Assembly (NCBI GenBank): GCA_965263355.1 | Contig: CBDHHL010000032.1 | Coordinates: 512,001-576,000 of the forward strand | Direction: 5' to 3' | Origin: Leptolyngbyaceae cyanobacterium | GTDB taxonomy: Bacteria > Cyanobacteriota > Cyanobacteriia > Phormidesmidales > Phormidesmidaceae | Length of the DNA stretch: 64,000 nucleotides | Notes under the pieces: model-generated | The model's input: only the letters and a program-made list of their open reading frames with translations | Database searches by the model: none | Told to the model about the DNA's origin: nothing | Part shown: positions 30,436 to 41,600 of the stretch, one piece after another | Layout of the letters: each line of letters starts with the position of its first letter | Numbering within the stretch: position 1 is the first letter of the stretch | Made by a program: the position numbers and the translations under genes

Positions 30436-32556
30436 ATGGCTGGTGATTACAGTGAGCTGAATCCTAGAACCTATATTCCTGATTTGTCGCCTTTGCGGGA
30501 GGTGCACCAAGATCATTTTATTGTGTGCGGTCTGGGTAGCTTAGGTCAGCAGATAATCCTCAATTTGACTAAGTTTAGTTTTGATTCCTTTGAGGTCCAA
30601 ATTGCTGGAATTGATAGAAGTCCAGTAACGGAATGGGAGGTGGAAAACCTGCCGGATATGCTCAGTCAATCACCGATTGTCGGGGATTGTCGTCGGGATC
30701 ATGTTTTGCAAAAGGCAGGGATTGAACGATGTCGTGCGATTTTGATTGCCACCAGTGATGAAAGCACCAATGTACAAACGGCCATCGCTGTAAGAAGGCT
30801 AAATCCCAAAGTTCATATTGTGGTGCGTTCGTCACGCCAGGGGTTAAATCGATTGCTCAGTCGTCAGCTTGGGCGATTTGTTGCTCTAGATGCCACGGAA
30901 CTACCGGCCATGACCTTTGCCCTGGCTGGGTTAGAGGATAATACGCTGAGTGTATTTAATATTGATACTTTTCAGTTTCGGGTGGTAGAACGGCAGATTA
31001 CGGCCCAGGATCCTCAATATTGCAATATGCCGGTCCATCGGCTGCACCGACAGCAAATGCGGTTGCTAAATCTAAAACCCTTTAGTAATCCTCATCAGCC
31101 TATTGGTTGGGCGACAACGGCGTCGTCTATGTTTCATCGCTGGCAGCCCCATGTCAGGGTACAGGCGGGTGATCAGGTTGCCTATGTTGAGGTGCAAACC
31201 CTCACCCATAGTCAGATTCAAAATATTCCTAAACGGTCTGGCCCCTGGCATAAGTTCCGTCAAGGCATTGGCGATGTGCTGGATGGGGAATGGAAACGGC
31301 GATGGTGGAACTTTTGGCAGAGTCCAGATCAGCAGTCGCTGCGGCGAATGGTTGCGATCGCACTCACCACCGCCCTGGTGCTCTGGACCACCGGTACCCT
31401 GCTGCTCAAATTCAATATTCCTGGCATCAGTCTTACCAAAGCAGTTGTGCTAGGGGCTGTGCTAATTCTGGGCGGCTATGGCGATGTGTTTGGTGGATTT
31501 GACGAAAGTCAGGCCCCAGGTTGGGTACTGATTGCCTGTCTGATGATTGCCACCACCAGTTTGCTGATGGTAATTGGTGTTTTGGGTTGGCTGGCGGACC
31601 AGTTGCTCAGTTCTCGATTTGAGTTCTTGCAACGGCGACCCAGAGTGCCTAAAGAAAACCATGTAATCGTGGTGGGATTGGGACGTGTGGGCAAGCGCGT
31701 TAGTCGAATTTTGCAAGATCTACGTCAGCCGCTGGTAGCCATCACCCACCAGTTAGATAATCCCGCTCTACGGAACCAAATTCCTCTGTTGGAAGGACCG
31801 ATGTTGCAGCAGTTGCAAGAGGCCAATCTCTCCAATGCCCTCAGTGTCATTGCGGTCACGGACGATCCGGTCCTTAACCTAGAGGTGGCCCTGATTGCAG
31901 CAGAAGCCTTAGAACAGGAAAAGCGACCGTTTACACCGGTCATTCGCACTCTGAGCCAGCTATTTAGTGACAATATCACAGCATTTTTGCCCCAGGCACG
32001 CTCATTTTCAGTCTATGCCCTATCAGCAGAAGCCTTTGCCGGTGCTGCCTTTGGAGAGAATATTTTAGGTTTGTTTAGGCTTAATCAACAGACCATTTTG
32101 ATTACGGAATACACCATCGAGTACGGTGATACCCTCAACGGCAAACCCTTAGCAGAAATTGCCTATGGCTATGGGGTGGTTCCGATTCTGTTGCGTCAGT
32201 CTCAACCCAACCGACAATATAAAAATCATCCAATGCCGTCGGATGATTTACGGGTTCACATGAGAGATATCCTTTATGTGCTCTCTTCCATCAACGGATT
32301 ACGCCGAATAGAACGCGGTGAAATGACTTCACCCCGCCAATGGTTCCTGGAAATAGACAAACCGCTAAATCCTAATATGGTGTCAGAAGCGAGCAGCGTG
32401 CTGGCCAAGTTATCAAATGTCAAGTTGGAAGATTGTCGTCGGCTGATGGCTACGCTGCCAAATACACTGCAGCTGGCCCTTTACGATTATCAGGCCCATC
32501 GCCTTCTGCAGGAGCTAAAACGGTATGTTCCCATTCGTCTCTCTCCGCTCAAGTAG
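30436..32556 (+). CDS. Potassium channel/TrkA-family protein with two RCK (NAD-binding) modules around a 2TM pore
   Basis: IVCGLGSLG and IVVGLGRVG Rossmann motifs, and a TM-GGYGD-TM core. Confidence 0.85.
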   Translation: MAGDYSELNPRTYIPDLSPLREVHQDHFIVCGLGSLGQQIILNLTKFSFDSFEVQIAGIDRSPVTEWEVENLPDMLSQSPIVGDCRRDHVLQKAGIERCRAILIATSDESTNVQTAIAVRRLNPKVHIVVRSSRQGLNRLLSRQLGRFVALDATELPAMTFALAGLEDNTLSVFNIDTFQFRVVERQITAQDPQYCNMPVHRLHRQQMRLLNLKPFSNPHQPIGWATTASSMFHRWQPHVRVQAGDQVAYVEVQTLTHSQIQNIPKRSGPWHKFRQGIGDVLDGEWKRRWWNFWQSPDQQSLRRMVAIALTTALVLWTTGTLLLKFNIPGISLTKAVVLGAVLILGGYGDVFGGFDESQAPGWVLIACLMIATTSLLMVIGVLGWLADQLLSSRFEFLQRRPRVPKENHVIVVGLGRVGKRVSRILQDLRQPLVAITHQLDNPALRNQIPLLEGPMLQQLQEANLSNALSVIAVTDDPVLNLEVALIAAEALEQEKRPFTPVIRTLSQLFSDNITAFLPQARSFSVYALSAEAFAGAAFGENILGLFRLNQQTILITEYTIEYGDTLNGKPLAEIAYGYGVVPILLRQSQPNRQYKNHPMPSDDLRVHMRDILYVLSSINGLRRIERGEMTSPRQWFLEIDKPLNPNMVSEASSVLAKLSNVKLEDCRRLMATLPNTLQLALYDYQAHRLLQELKRYVPIRLSPLK

Positions 32557-32688
32557 AGGACTTTGACTGCAAGCCATTACAGTAATTTGTAATTTCTTTA
32601 GGAGCCTGGTTATGGGTTTGCAAATACCCCTCTAGCCAATGGCAGCTGTCGGCCAACAGTTTATCCAATAGTTGAGCCTGATCACCAC

Positions 32689-33333
32689 TCACATCCAAAC
32701 GCCATAACAGTACTGTTTCCACAGGCGGACGGTCTTATCTTCACTGGCCGATGCTAATTTTTGACCATTCGGTGAAAATGCTAGGGAGGTCACAGGGCCT
32801 TCATGGCCGTTTAGGGTAGTTAGCAAGCCCCGTTGTTTCCCTAGCTGCCAGATTTGAATCTGACTATTTTCTAGCCCTACAGCCAAGTGCTGTCCGTTAG
32901 GGCTAAAGGCTACGCTCAGCACTTGAGTATCTTTGAAATCAAATCGATCAAGCTGGATTCCATCTGTGTGCCAGACCCTGGCGCTGCCATCGGCACTGGC
33001 CGATGCAATCATTTGGCCATCATTACTGACAGTAGTATCCCAGATAATCCCTTCATGGGCATCCAGGCGATTGCGCTCTCGGATCCAAAACACAGCTTGC
33101 TGTAAAGCCGTCACCACCAGGTCGTCAGAAAATGATTGATTGGGATTAACCGCCGCTTCATTTTTGAGTGCAATCCCTGCTTTCATCGCTTCTAAAAGGG
33201 CCTCAAATGGCTGGTGGGAGCCAAACAGAGCTTCAGAGGTTTCTGTCTGGGCCAAAATTGTTTGAGACTCAGCGTCCTGTCTTGCTTCCTGAGCAATTTC
33301 CTTTTGTTTATCAGCGCGTGTTCTTTTTTGGTT
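32689..33333 (-). pseudogene. WD40-repeat protein fragment, 5' end cut by IS66
   Basis: The frame is open up to the IS66 end. Only ~3 WD40 repeats (GH...FSPNG..LASASEDKTVRLW) precede an abrupt stop. Confidence 0.8.
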
Positions 33334-33334
33334 G

Positions 33335-34896
33335 GTAACTACTTAGGCTGTGGCAGAGGTGATTGAGGATTTCCAGAGAACAAATCGACAAGCGCGTCCC
33401 ACACATTGTGCCCTTGTTTTCGTAAAGTAGCCAAATAGCCACGAATACGACAGAACTGTTTAGCCCCATCCTCAGATCGGAAGCATCCCGAGATTTTCTG
33501 TTTCAGTTTCATCATGCGGAGGTCACGCTCGGCTTGATTGTTGTCAAAGGGAATCGAGAAATCGTACATAAAGCCGAGTACCGAGACCTTTTGATTACGT
33601 AAGCGCTTCAGTAGGTTAAGCGGGGGTGGACGTTTCGGTCGTCCCCGTTTTTTGGGTTTTGACGGAGGGGGCATTGGGTTTTGGGCAAACCCCTGCTCTA
33701 AAATGGCGTCATATCGGGACTCAAATGCGGCCAAGTCCTCAATCGATACCCTCTGTTTCCCCTGGGCTTTAAGGCTTTCGAGGTGAGTATGAATCGTCAC
33801 CAATAGCAGACTTAGTTGAAAGGCCCACCACTGACCATAACGTTCTAGCATGTACTGCAGTTCTCTCAAATGATGGGCATTACACAGAAAATGCTCACAG
33901 TCATACAGTGGGTAACTCTTCCAACCATCATGCACGGCCTTACCCTCAACCTCTGGTAACACTCCCATCGCCTCCATGGCCACTTGCCCCCGTTTGGGAT
34001 GGACAAAGTAGTAGGTCAACCCATTGGTTGAGGCTACATGCAACCACCACAGACGCTGATTGACCCGCAGACTGGTCTCATCAAAGTGAACAACCTCACT
34101 GGCCTCTATGGCTTGCTTAATCGTTGCCTCTATCGGCCCTAGATGCTCAAAGCACTGGTCACGGGTGGTGTAAAACGTTCCGTCTGAAACGCTCACGTTC
34201 ATTAAGTCCTTCAACACCTCACAGGCTCGATGCGACGGTAACAGTTGTCCCTCCATCAGGTACACCATCATGGCCTTGAGACGAGGACCATACTGCACAA
34301 CCGTGCTGGCCTCAGCAGGAAAGCTCCCTTGAGTGGACTGACCACATTTCGGGCCACGTTTTACCTCGACTTGATGCTCAGTGACCAATGACTCTATCGG
34401 TCGAATGTCAACTACTTGACGAGCTAACACCTCATCGACAGGGACACTCACTAACGACTCTCCACACCCTGAACACACCGTCACCTCATGGGGAGTCACA
34501 AAATCCGGATCGCTGCTCCATTCAAGGGTATGACCGCGATGACCAGGCTGACCACCCGATGACTTGTCGCTTTTACGCCGTAAGCTCTTAGTGCGTTTCC
34601 CAAAGCCATCACCTGACGGTGGTTTATGACTATTTCGACTGGTTTTGCCTAAGCGGCCTTTGAGCTCACTGACTTGGGTTTCTACCTTGGTGAGACGTTC
34701 CATCAACTGAGTCACCAAACTCACCACAGCCTCTTCTCCTTCCGCATACACTGCACGGATCTCTGCTTCGCTCAGCTGAATTGGTGGGTGTTGCTTGCTC
34801 ACTGGTCACCTACCTGGAACCTGACCATCAGTTAGGATATTTCATTTGCATAACAATCTTTGGAAAATCTCTATTTTTTTAAGCCTAAGTAGTTAC
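33335..34896 (-). mobile_element. IS66-family insertion sequence (transposase-only type)
   Basis: Perfect 15-bp terminal IRs GTAACTACTTAGGCT (33335) / AGCCTAAGTAGTTAC (34896), starting with the IS66-typical GTAA. No 8-bp target duplication. Confidence 0.92.
33339..34802 (-). CDS. tnpC: IS66 family transposase (TnpC)
   Basis: SRNSHKPPSGD, GGQPGH, zinc-finger region, HFDET, VHDG, CNAHHLRE, NNQAERDLR...K.SG.FRS. Confidence 0.93.
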   Translation of the reverse strand: MSKQHPPIQLSEAEIRAVYAEGEEAVVSLVTQLMERLTKVETQVSELKGRLGKTSRNSHKPPSGDGFGKRTKSLRRKSDKSSGGQPGHRGHTLEWSSDPDFVTPHEVTVCSGCGESLVSVPVDEVLARQVVDIRPIESLVTEHQVEVKRGPKCGQSTQGSFPAEASTVVQYGPRLKAMMVYLMEGQLLPSHRACEVLKDLMNVSVSDGTFYTTRDQCFEHLGPIEATIKQAIEASEVVHFDETSLRVNQRLWWLHVASTNGLTYYFVHPKRGQVAMEAMGVLPEVEGKAVHDGWKSYPLYDCEHFLCNAHHLRELQYMLERYGQWWAFQLSLLLVTIHTHLESLKAQGKQRVSIEDLAAFESRYDAILEQGFAQNPMPPPSKPKKRGRPKRPPPLNLLKRLRNQKVSVLGFMYDFSIPFDNNQAERDLRMMKLKQKISGCFRSEDGAKQFCRIRGYLATLRKQGHNVWDALVDLFSGNPQSPLPQPK

Positions 34897-34991
34897 CATC
34901 TACCAAAGTATCGATGAGGTATTAGATGCTATTCATCAAAAAATACTTGCTATTCAAAGTTGACAAGCTATTGTCAACGAATGTCTTGCAC

Positions 34992-35034
34992 GGAGGGGGC
35001 TTCGGGCGTTAGCGCTAGGTGTCGAGCCCCCTCC
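34992..35034. repeat. GC-rich REP-like hairpin
   Basis: Perfect 10-bp stem ggagggggct / agccccctcc. Confidence 0.5.
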
Positions 35035-35200
35035 CTGACGGTGCCCCTTGCTTTACGCTTTAGTGCATGCCCGGAGGGCTTTAGGGGAATCCTTGGTGGA
35101 GTATCTTGAAACTATTGGTTTTCAAGGGTTTCAGCTATTCTCTCTGACCTTATGTATACACCGTAGCCTGGGAGGAACATTGGGGGGCACACACAGCCCA

Positions 35201-35890
35201 CTAAACCAAATCAGGATCTATCCCCAACGCCCTTAACTTCTCCGCCAGTCGGTCCGCCCGCGCCTTTTCTTGTTCTACTCTTTCCTCGGGTGTTCTCAAC
35301 CGTTGCCCAGTCTCGTTATACCAATACAACCATTCTCGCTCTCGGCCCAAGTAAGTTCCTCGTTCTCGGCCCAGACCCAACCCAATTTTAGGCAACCAAA
35401 CCGGATTTCCAGATAATGCTTCATATTCACCATCCACTAACTGATAAATCTCCAGGGGCTGACGCTTACGACGCGGGTGCCCATCTGGCAGATACACCGC
35501 ATAGTAGTCAACCTCCAACTCTGCATACAGTTTTTTCTTGCGTTCGTACTCACCACCATAGGTTTTCGAAACCACTTCTAAAGCCAGTGTTGGAGAAATA
35601 TTATCCTCTTCCCACATCACATAGCTCAGTCGCCCCCCTTCGCCAATGAATCGTTCTACACCCAAACTCAAAAAACCATCCGGCACCACCGCTGGCGCAC
35701 TGGGGTCAAAATAAATCCCCATATCTACCCCAAAAAACCAATCCTCACGCTCTGGCCAGATCATCGCCAAAATCGCTTCGAGTAAATTGGGAATCAAATT
35801 CTGTAACTCATTATCCACAGGCGTATCATCCGAGTCCGGTAACTCAGCAGAGGAGGGTAAGCATTGCTTTGGGTCAAACTTTAAAACCAT
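35201..35890 (-). CDS. Uma2 (DUF820) family putative endonuclease
   Basis: LPSSAELPDSDDTPVDNELQ, PDGF, LEVVS, and a C-terminal 'LAEKLRALGIDPD'. Confidence 0.92.
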   Translation of the reverse strand: MVLKFDPKQCLPSSAELPDSDDTPVDNELQNLIPNLLEAILAMIWPEREDWFFGVDMGIYFDPSAPAVVPDGFLSLGVERFIGEGGRLSYVMWEEDNISPTLALEVVSKTYGGEYERKKKLYAELEVDYYAVYLPDGHPRRKRQPLEIYQLVDGEYEALSGNPVWLPKIGLGLGRERGTYLGREREWLYWYNETGQRLRTPEERVEQEKARADRLAEKLRALGIDPDLV

Positions 35891-35990
35891 GGCTACCGCA
35901 AGCTAGACCAGTACAACTATTCTAGCAGTTGGCTGATGTAGATGATAAATCATGGCCAACTTGAAACCTGTAGATTCTCTGTTTAATCGT

Positions 35991-36435
35991 TTAGCCTCGA
36001 ATAACAACCACATCCCGTTTGCCAGACGTCATCGCTAACTCTGTTGTGGTGCGTTCTGCAATTGGCCCAATATTAGAACGCTGATCAAAAATCACTAGCC
36101 AACCCAAGCTTAACCCTAAACCTGCCAGATAACGATCCAACTGCTCTAATCCCTGACTAATCGGATCCGGTCGCCCCTCTCGCCACACCTTCAACTCCAT
36201 CGCCAGTGTCGTTGTTCCGTATCGTAAACATAGGTCCATCCGGTCTGACCCAATGGCATATTCTCTCTCTAGTGTGCCGCCACCTTCGACTCCGCTCAGG
36301 TCGAGACCATTCACCACTCGATGTAAAAACGCCATCAATACTAGATGGGGCGCAATCTCATGGTATGGAGCACTTTTTAACAAAGGTTGTCCATGTTGTC
36401 GCCAAAAGCTAAGAAACGCCTGTAATAGCGTCGCA
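35991..36435 (-). pseudogene. C-terminal fragment of an AAA-ATPase/PD-(D/E)XK nuclease-like protein
   Basis: 'FLSFWRQHGQPLLKSAPYHEIAPHLVLMAFLHRVVNG...EREYAIGSDRMDL...ELKVWR...QLDRY'. No ATPase part and no proper start upstream. Confidence 0.75.
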
Positions 36436-36470
36436 ATCTATATACCTTTAAAACCGACTCAGGATCTAAA

Positions 36471-37316
36471 CTAGGACCCCCAAACTGAATATCGGCAAAC
36501 ACCATTGGAGTGTAACCCTGTCTGGTTTAAGGCAAGCTTCTGATCAAATGCATTGTTTTTAGTCTTAAAACGTTGATACAGTTTTGTTTCGTTCAGCGTT
36601 AGAGTCAGGCGGTCGTCTTCCCAAGAAAGCTGACCAGCACCACCCCGCCCCAGATTATTGCAGTAATGGTAAATCTTACGGCAAAAGAGCTTCGTTGGGC
36701 CACATTCATAGAGCGATAGCTTACCGTAGGCATCAAAGCTCATATAGCTCATCTGATAGCTTTTATTCCAGGTATTTACTTGAAGCGCATCTACATGGTC
36801 AATAAAATAGCCATTAAACGGCATGAGTCCGACAGTTAGGGTTATTAGCAGAGAGAATGTAACAATGCTATTAACCTTGACCTGGTGAGGAAACTGAGAA
36901 ATTGCAACTATAATCCACAAAATATCAAGGGCAACAATCAAAAAAAATAGTCGTATAGGACCATGAAATCCACCACCGTGTAGAAAGGATAGGGGCAGTG
37001 ACAAAGCCATGCCAACTACGGCCAAAAGAGCAAAACCCCAGATTTTAAGCCATCGCCATCGGACCTGCTTCAAGGACGTAACCGGAAAGATAAAACTGGC
37101 ACAGCAAATGAATAACAGCAAGATCCAAAATCCAAAAAAGAAAAGGCCATGGAGAAATACAGCAACTGGATAAGGTCCTGGTAAAATGCCATTGATAAAA
37201 AGCCAATGCCATGGCAAGTATGCAAAGAACAATAATAGCCCTGGCTGACCAACTCTTTGAAGCAAGGTTTGTCTGTTCCAGTGGTGATAGAAATATCGTA
37301 ATAGCTGCATTATCAA
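36471..37316 (-). CDS. Hypothetical integral membrane protein
   Basis: 281-aa ORF with ~5 hydrophobic helices followed by a Cys-containing soluble tail. Confidence 0.7.
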   Translation of the reverse strand: MIMQLLRYFYHHWNRQTLLQRVGQPGLLLFFAYLPWHWLFINGILPGPYPVAVFLHGLFFFGFWILLLFICCASFIFPVTSLKQVRWRWLKIWGFALLAVVGMALSLPLSFLHGGGFHGPIRLFFLIVALDILWIIVAISQFPHQVKVNSIVTFSLLITLTVGLMPFNGYFIDHVDALQVNTWNKSYQMSYMSFDAYGKLSLYECGPTKLFCRKIYHYCNNLGRGGAGQLSWEDDRLTLTLNETKLYQRFKTKNNAFDQKLALNQTGLHSNGVCRYSVWGS

Positions 37317-37415
37317 GGGGGACGAGGATGATGGATATATATCCTTGAATTCTTGATGGGGCTATCTAATTTCGAAAAAAATCGACAAGTTTACCCAAAC
37401 CATATAATCCTGGCA

Positions 37416-37480
37416 GCCTCCTAAATCCTCGAACTCTGCTGACTTTGAGTTCCGAAGCCCCCAGAATTTTGGGTGGGGAC
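37416..37480. repeat. Degenerate cyanobacterial intergenic palindromic repeat (CCCCCAG/AA-type)
   Basis: cctaaatcctc...gactttga...aagcccccagaatttt gggtgggg is the reverse-oriented relative of the element at 62761-62869. Confidence 0.5.
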
Positions 37481-37580
37481 CTTTGCACGAGTGTCATATT
37501 TAAAAAGTTCTTGTTTCTTGTGTAAATTACTTTGCCTGCCTACTGATCCTGTAACATAGCCAGCATTCTGAAGGCCCTCT

Positions 37581-38666
37581 TTAGTCCTCTCTTTTCTTTG
37601 CCAAAATCTCTTCAATCCATACTTGATGCTTTTCATTCTCAAAGCGTTTCAAATAGGCTAGGGCAATTTGTCCCACCGCTGGGTTCTCTTCAATCGCGTC
37701 TAACAGTCTGTGAGTTGTACGTTGTAATATCGCTCGCTCAATCTGTTGATGGGTTGCCACCGGTACCAGGATGGCGGCCAAAACGACCCCGATCCCGGCT
37801 GGAATCATTGGCATCAACCAGCCCAGTAAAAATCCTCCATAGACACCACTGGTTAACCCGGTCAGCAACGCCATGATCAATAACGCCACCTCAAGGGTTG
37901 CTCTCGCCAATAGATGCCCGCCACACCGCCCGCCGTGGTCCAGACCAAAATCCAGACAATCTCCTGCCATTCCTGCCAGCTTTTGAATAAAGGCCGACCG
38001 TCAAGGGCTGAGCGCAACAACATACTAACGGTATTGGCATGGACCGTTACCCCAGCCATGGAAACGGTTTCGCGGGTGGTATAGGGGGTAATCAACACAT
38101 TGTTGACGGTGGAGGCGACGGAGCCGATTAAGACGATGCGATCGCGAATCACCTCCTCAGGCACCTCTCCATTCAGCACCTGGGTGAGAGAAAAAGTGGG
38201 AAACTGCGATCGCACCCTCACATAGTTCAGCATCACCTGATAACCATTGGCATCGGCCCGAATATAGCTGCCCTCATAGGGGCTTAATGGCTTCAGCATG
38301 GCCTGCCCCAAACGCACCGCATTGGCTGGACGGTTAACTGCCTCAAAAGCAATCCCTTCCTGTTCTAAATAGGCCAGCACCAGCTTGGATGAAAAGCTAA
38401 ACAATAGGGTGCCCGGTTCCGGCTCGATGGACAACAACGCCCGTCGGATAGACCCATCATTCTATATCTGCTTGCTCTAGCCGTGCCATGGTTTTGACAC
38501 TCAAGCTAGACTTACCCATCTGGCGGGCCGTCAGAATATAGCAAAACTCCCCCCGACAGACCGCATCATAGAGCGCACTATCCGCCTGCCGTTGCACATA
38601 GCTAAGAGCCTGGGTGGGCAAACTCCCCCCCACTTGATACTGAAATCCAGGCTGTTGTTCCGTCAT
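37581..38666 (-). pseudogene. AAA_35-CHASE2 protein with a large internal deletion and a frameshift
   Basis: N-terminus YQVGGSLP...YVQRQAD...RQMGKSSL (Walker A) abuts mid-CHASE2 'DGSIRRALL' at ~38458. It continues with RDRIVLIG, GVTVHAN and TMs, with a further frameshift near 37890. Confidence 0.8.
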
Positions 38667-38681
38667 ATCTATTGTTCTAAA

Positions 38682-41600
38682 TTAGACGCTTCGATAGCGA
38701 TAGGTCATATACCCCACCGCACCACCGGTAAGCCCCCAAGCCATTAGTGCCGGTACCCAAGGTATCCAAATAGCTGACCACACCATAGAACCATAACAAG
38801 CGATGGTTAAAACGCCGATCGAGCCAGCGCTGGCGAGCAACAATGGCCGCAGTCGCACACATCGCCAAAAGATCAAGCCGCCAACACCAGACCACAGTAA
38901 AATCCAGCCCGATTCTTCCACAAATGACCACCAGCGGATGAGAGGGCGTTCCTCTAAGGCCGCATTGATCAGTTGGCTAATCATTTGTCCATGGACATAA
39001 ACTCCAGGAATAGAATCGCCATAAGGGGTATTGAAATCATCGGAGTTGCGATCGCTAAAATCTGTATAGCCAATTAGGACAATGCGATCGCGAATCAGCG
39101 CAGGATCAACCTTGTCCTGAATGACAGCTTCTAAAGAAACCTGCTGAGCAAAATCCTTTAGCCGAGAACCCCGTCCTTGGGACTCTGGATCGTCATAGGT
39201 GCGAAAGTTGATCAGAGTTTGATAGTCTATCCAACTACTCCAGCCTAGATTTTCGGTCATCGCACTATAGGCAGTGCCGTTACTATCAATATTGGGTACT
39301 ACAACAGTATTAAAGGAAATAACACCGACTGTTTCTGCATCGCTAGTATTTTCATAGGTAATCCCTTCGGTCTCAAGATACGTCTTAGCCAACAACAAAC
39401 TAAAGGACTCCTCAGTGAGACAAGAACTATCGCCACTAACCTGCTGAGTTAAATAGTGACGGCGCACAATGTTGCCACCATCCTGGAGGAAATTAGCAAA
39501 ACCAACCCGAGTCTCGGGCATTTCGTTGCCGATATCGCCAACCTGTTCGTTAGCCTGTTTGTCAGCTGTCTGACAAATACCAAACAAATTATCCATCCAA
39601 GCCAAATCGTTGGCCAAAGCCCCCTTAGCCGGAAAATCACGGAAAAAGTCTAACCCAATCAAACGAGCATCATGGCGATTGAGAACTCTAATAGCCTCTG
39701 AAAGTGCATTCTCAGGAATCGTACCAATACCAGGGGTATAACGACCATCAATCATCTGTTGCCGTAGCCACTCGCCACTGGGGAAATCTACCTTAACAAT
39801 TAGCAGCCGCTCATCCTGTTCAGTTTCATTGGGCCGCCACCGCAGGAACTGGTCATAAGCGCGAGTTTCTAGGGGCTGAAAACCACCCAATAGTCTGATG
39901 ACAGAAACTGCTAAGGCACTGACTACCGTCGCTAATGCCACGGATCGAGCTTTGATTTTCTTAAATGGCAAGGCCTGACTGGCCTGAATATAAGCTTTTT
40001 GCAGGGCAGTAACCGATGGTGTTTTGTCCTGGGCCTGCTCTAACCAACGGACTGATTCTGCCAGGTCATTCCCCCGTAGTAAAAAACTCTCATCCCGCTG
40101 GGCAGCGTCCCATTCAGCGGCTTTGACTAACAGGCGTGTGTGCGATCGCACATGATGCGGATCGCTTTCCAAGGTGCGAAACAACTCGCCAAAGTTCACC
40201 AGAAAGTCACCGTCATGTCGTCGAAAATCACTCCAGGGTAATGACTCGATCCCTTCCGGCAGTGTAGATTTCACCACAGCCCGATAGATCACCGGTAAGA
40301 TACGTTTTTGCTGGGACCGGGCATAGGCTAGCTGATCTAGACAGGCCTGACACCGGACAGCACTGGGCGACAAAATAAACAGAACAGTTTCAGCATTATC
40401 AATCAGCAGGTGAGTATCGTCTAGTCGGTCAGTCTCACCTGCCGAACCGTCCGGTGATAACCAGGCACTTTTGCCTTGAACTAACAACGTTTCATTAAGC
40501 CGATGAGAAAAATCATAATCATCAATATGGTGAATAAAAAAGACCCCCAGGGTTTGATCGGGAGACTGCCTTTGACTGGCATCCAAAAACGCTAGCTGTA
40601 GGGGCAATGCGCCGTTTGGCTGACGATTCTTAGCGGTTTGAGCCCAGGCTAAATAGGTATCCTGTATCTGACGCTGTAGGAGCAAACTCGGGTTTTGTTG
40701 TTGTCGTTCCCACTTAAGTGCTCGCACCAAAAGACGTTTGTGTTGATTATGGTATGAAGCCTCTCTCTGGATCGCCTGCAACAGCTCTGCCATATCTTTT
40801 TCTAAATCGATAGAGGCTTGATTGTCAGTGAGATTAATAAATTGAATCTTACGAATGGTTTCTGGTATCAGTGCTAAATTCACATCCTCCACCAGCATAG
40901 GAATCACCCGTTTGTTTAGGTCTAGCGCTTGATCAATTTCCTGTTGACAATAAACTGAGGCAAGGGATGCCTGGGAAATCAGATAGACAACATTGTCAGC
41001 CTCTTCCAGACCCCGCTGGATAGCAACTTCAAAGTCTTCACCCATACGGATATCCACCGTACTGGTCCAAACTGTCACACCAGCTTGTAGTAAGTGATAG
41101 CGAACAATTTCCTTTGTGGTTAAATCTTCTTCGGCACAGGAGATAAAGACCTGGGTCATGCCACCGTCGGCAGCCTTGATACTTTCTGTAATAAACTCTG
41201 CTTGCACCAGGTTCGGTTTACAGGGCAGTTGCTCCTTAGTAAATTCCGTCTGCAGCCAAGTTTGCGCCCGCAGTCGTTCCTCTCCCATCAGTAAGTAAGT
41301 GGCTTGACGTTGGTGACGCTCCCAGGCGAGGGCACTAATCAAGAGTTCAGTGTGCTGATGGACATAGTCTTCATGCCGATGACACAGCTCTATCAGTCCA
41401 TTAATGGCAGTGTCTAAATCATCGATGCCTGGACGGGCGTTGATCCAATTGATCCGACCAATGTCAGGGGGCATATTGGGGAAACTCGAATGTTTCCCCT
41501 TGGCTTTATAGATTTTCCAATGATCCGGACTGTCTGAAGGATTGCGAGCTTTCCAGGTGGAATAGCCAATTTCTTCCACCTGCAAAATGGGGATAATTCG

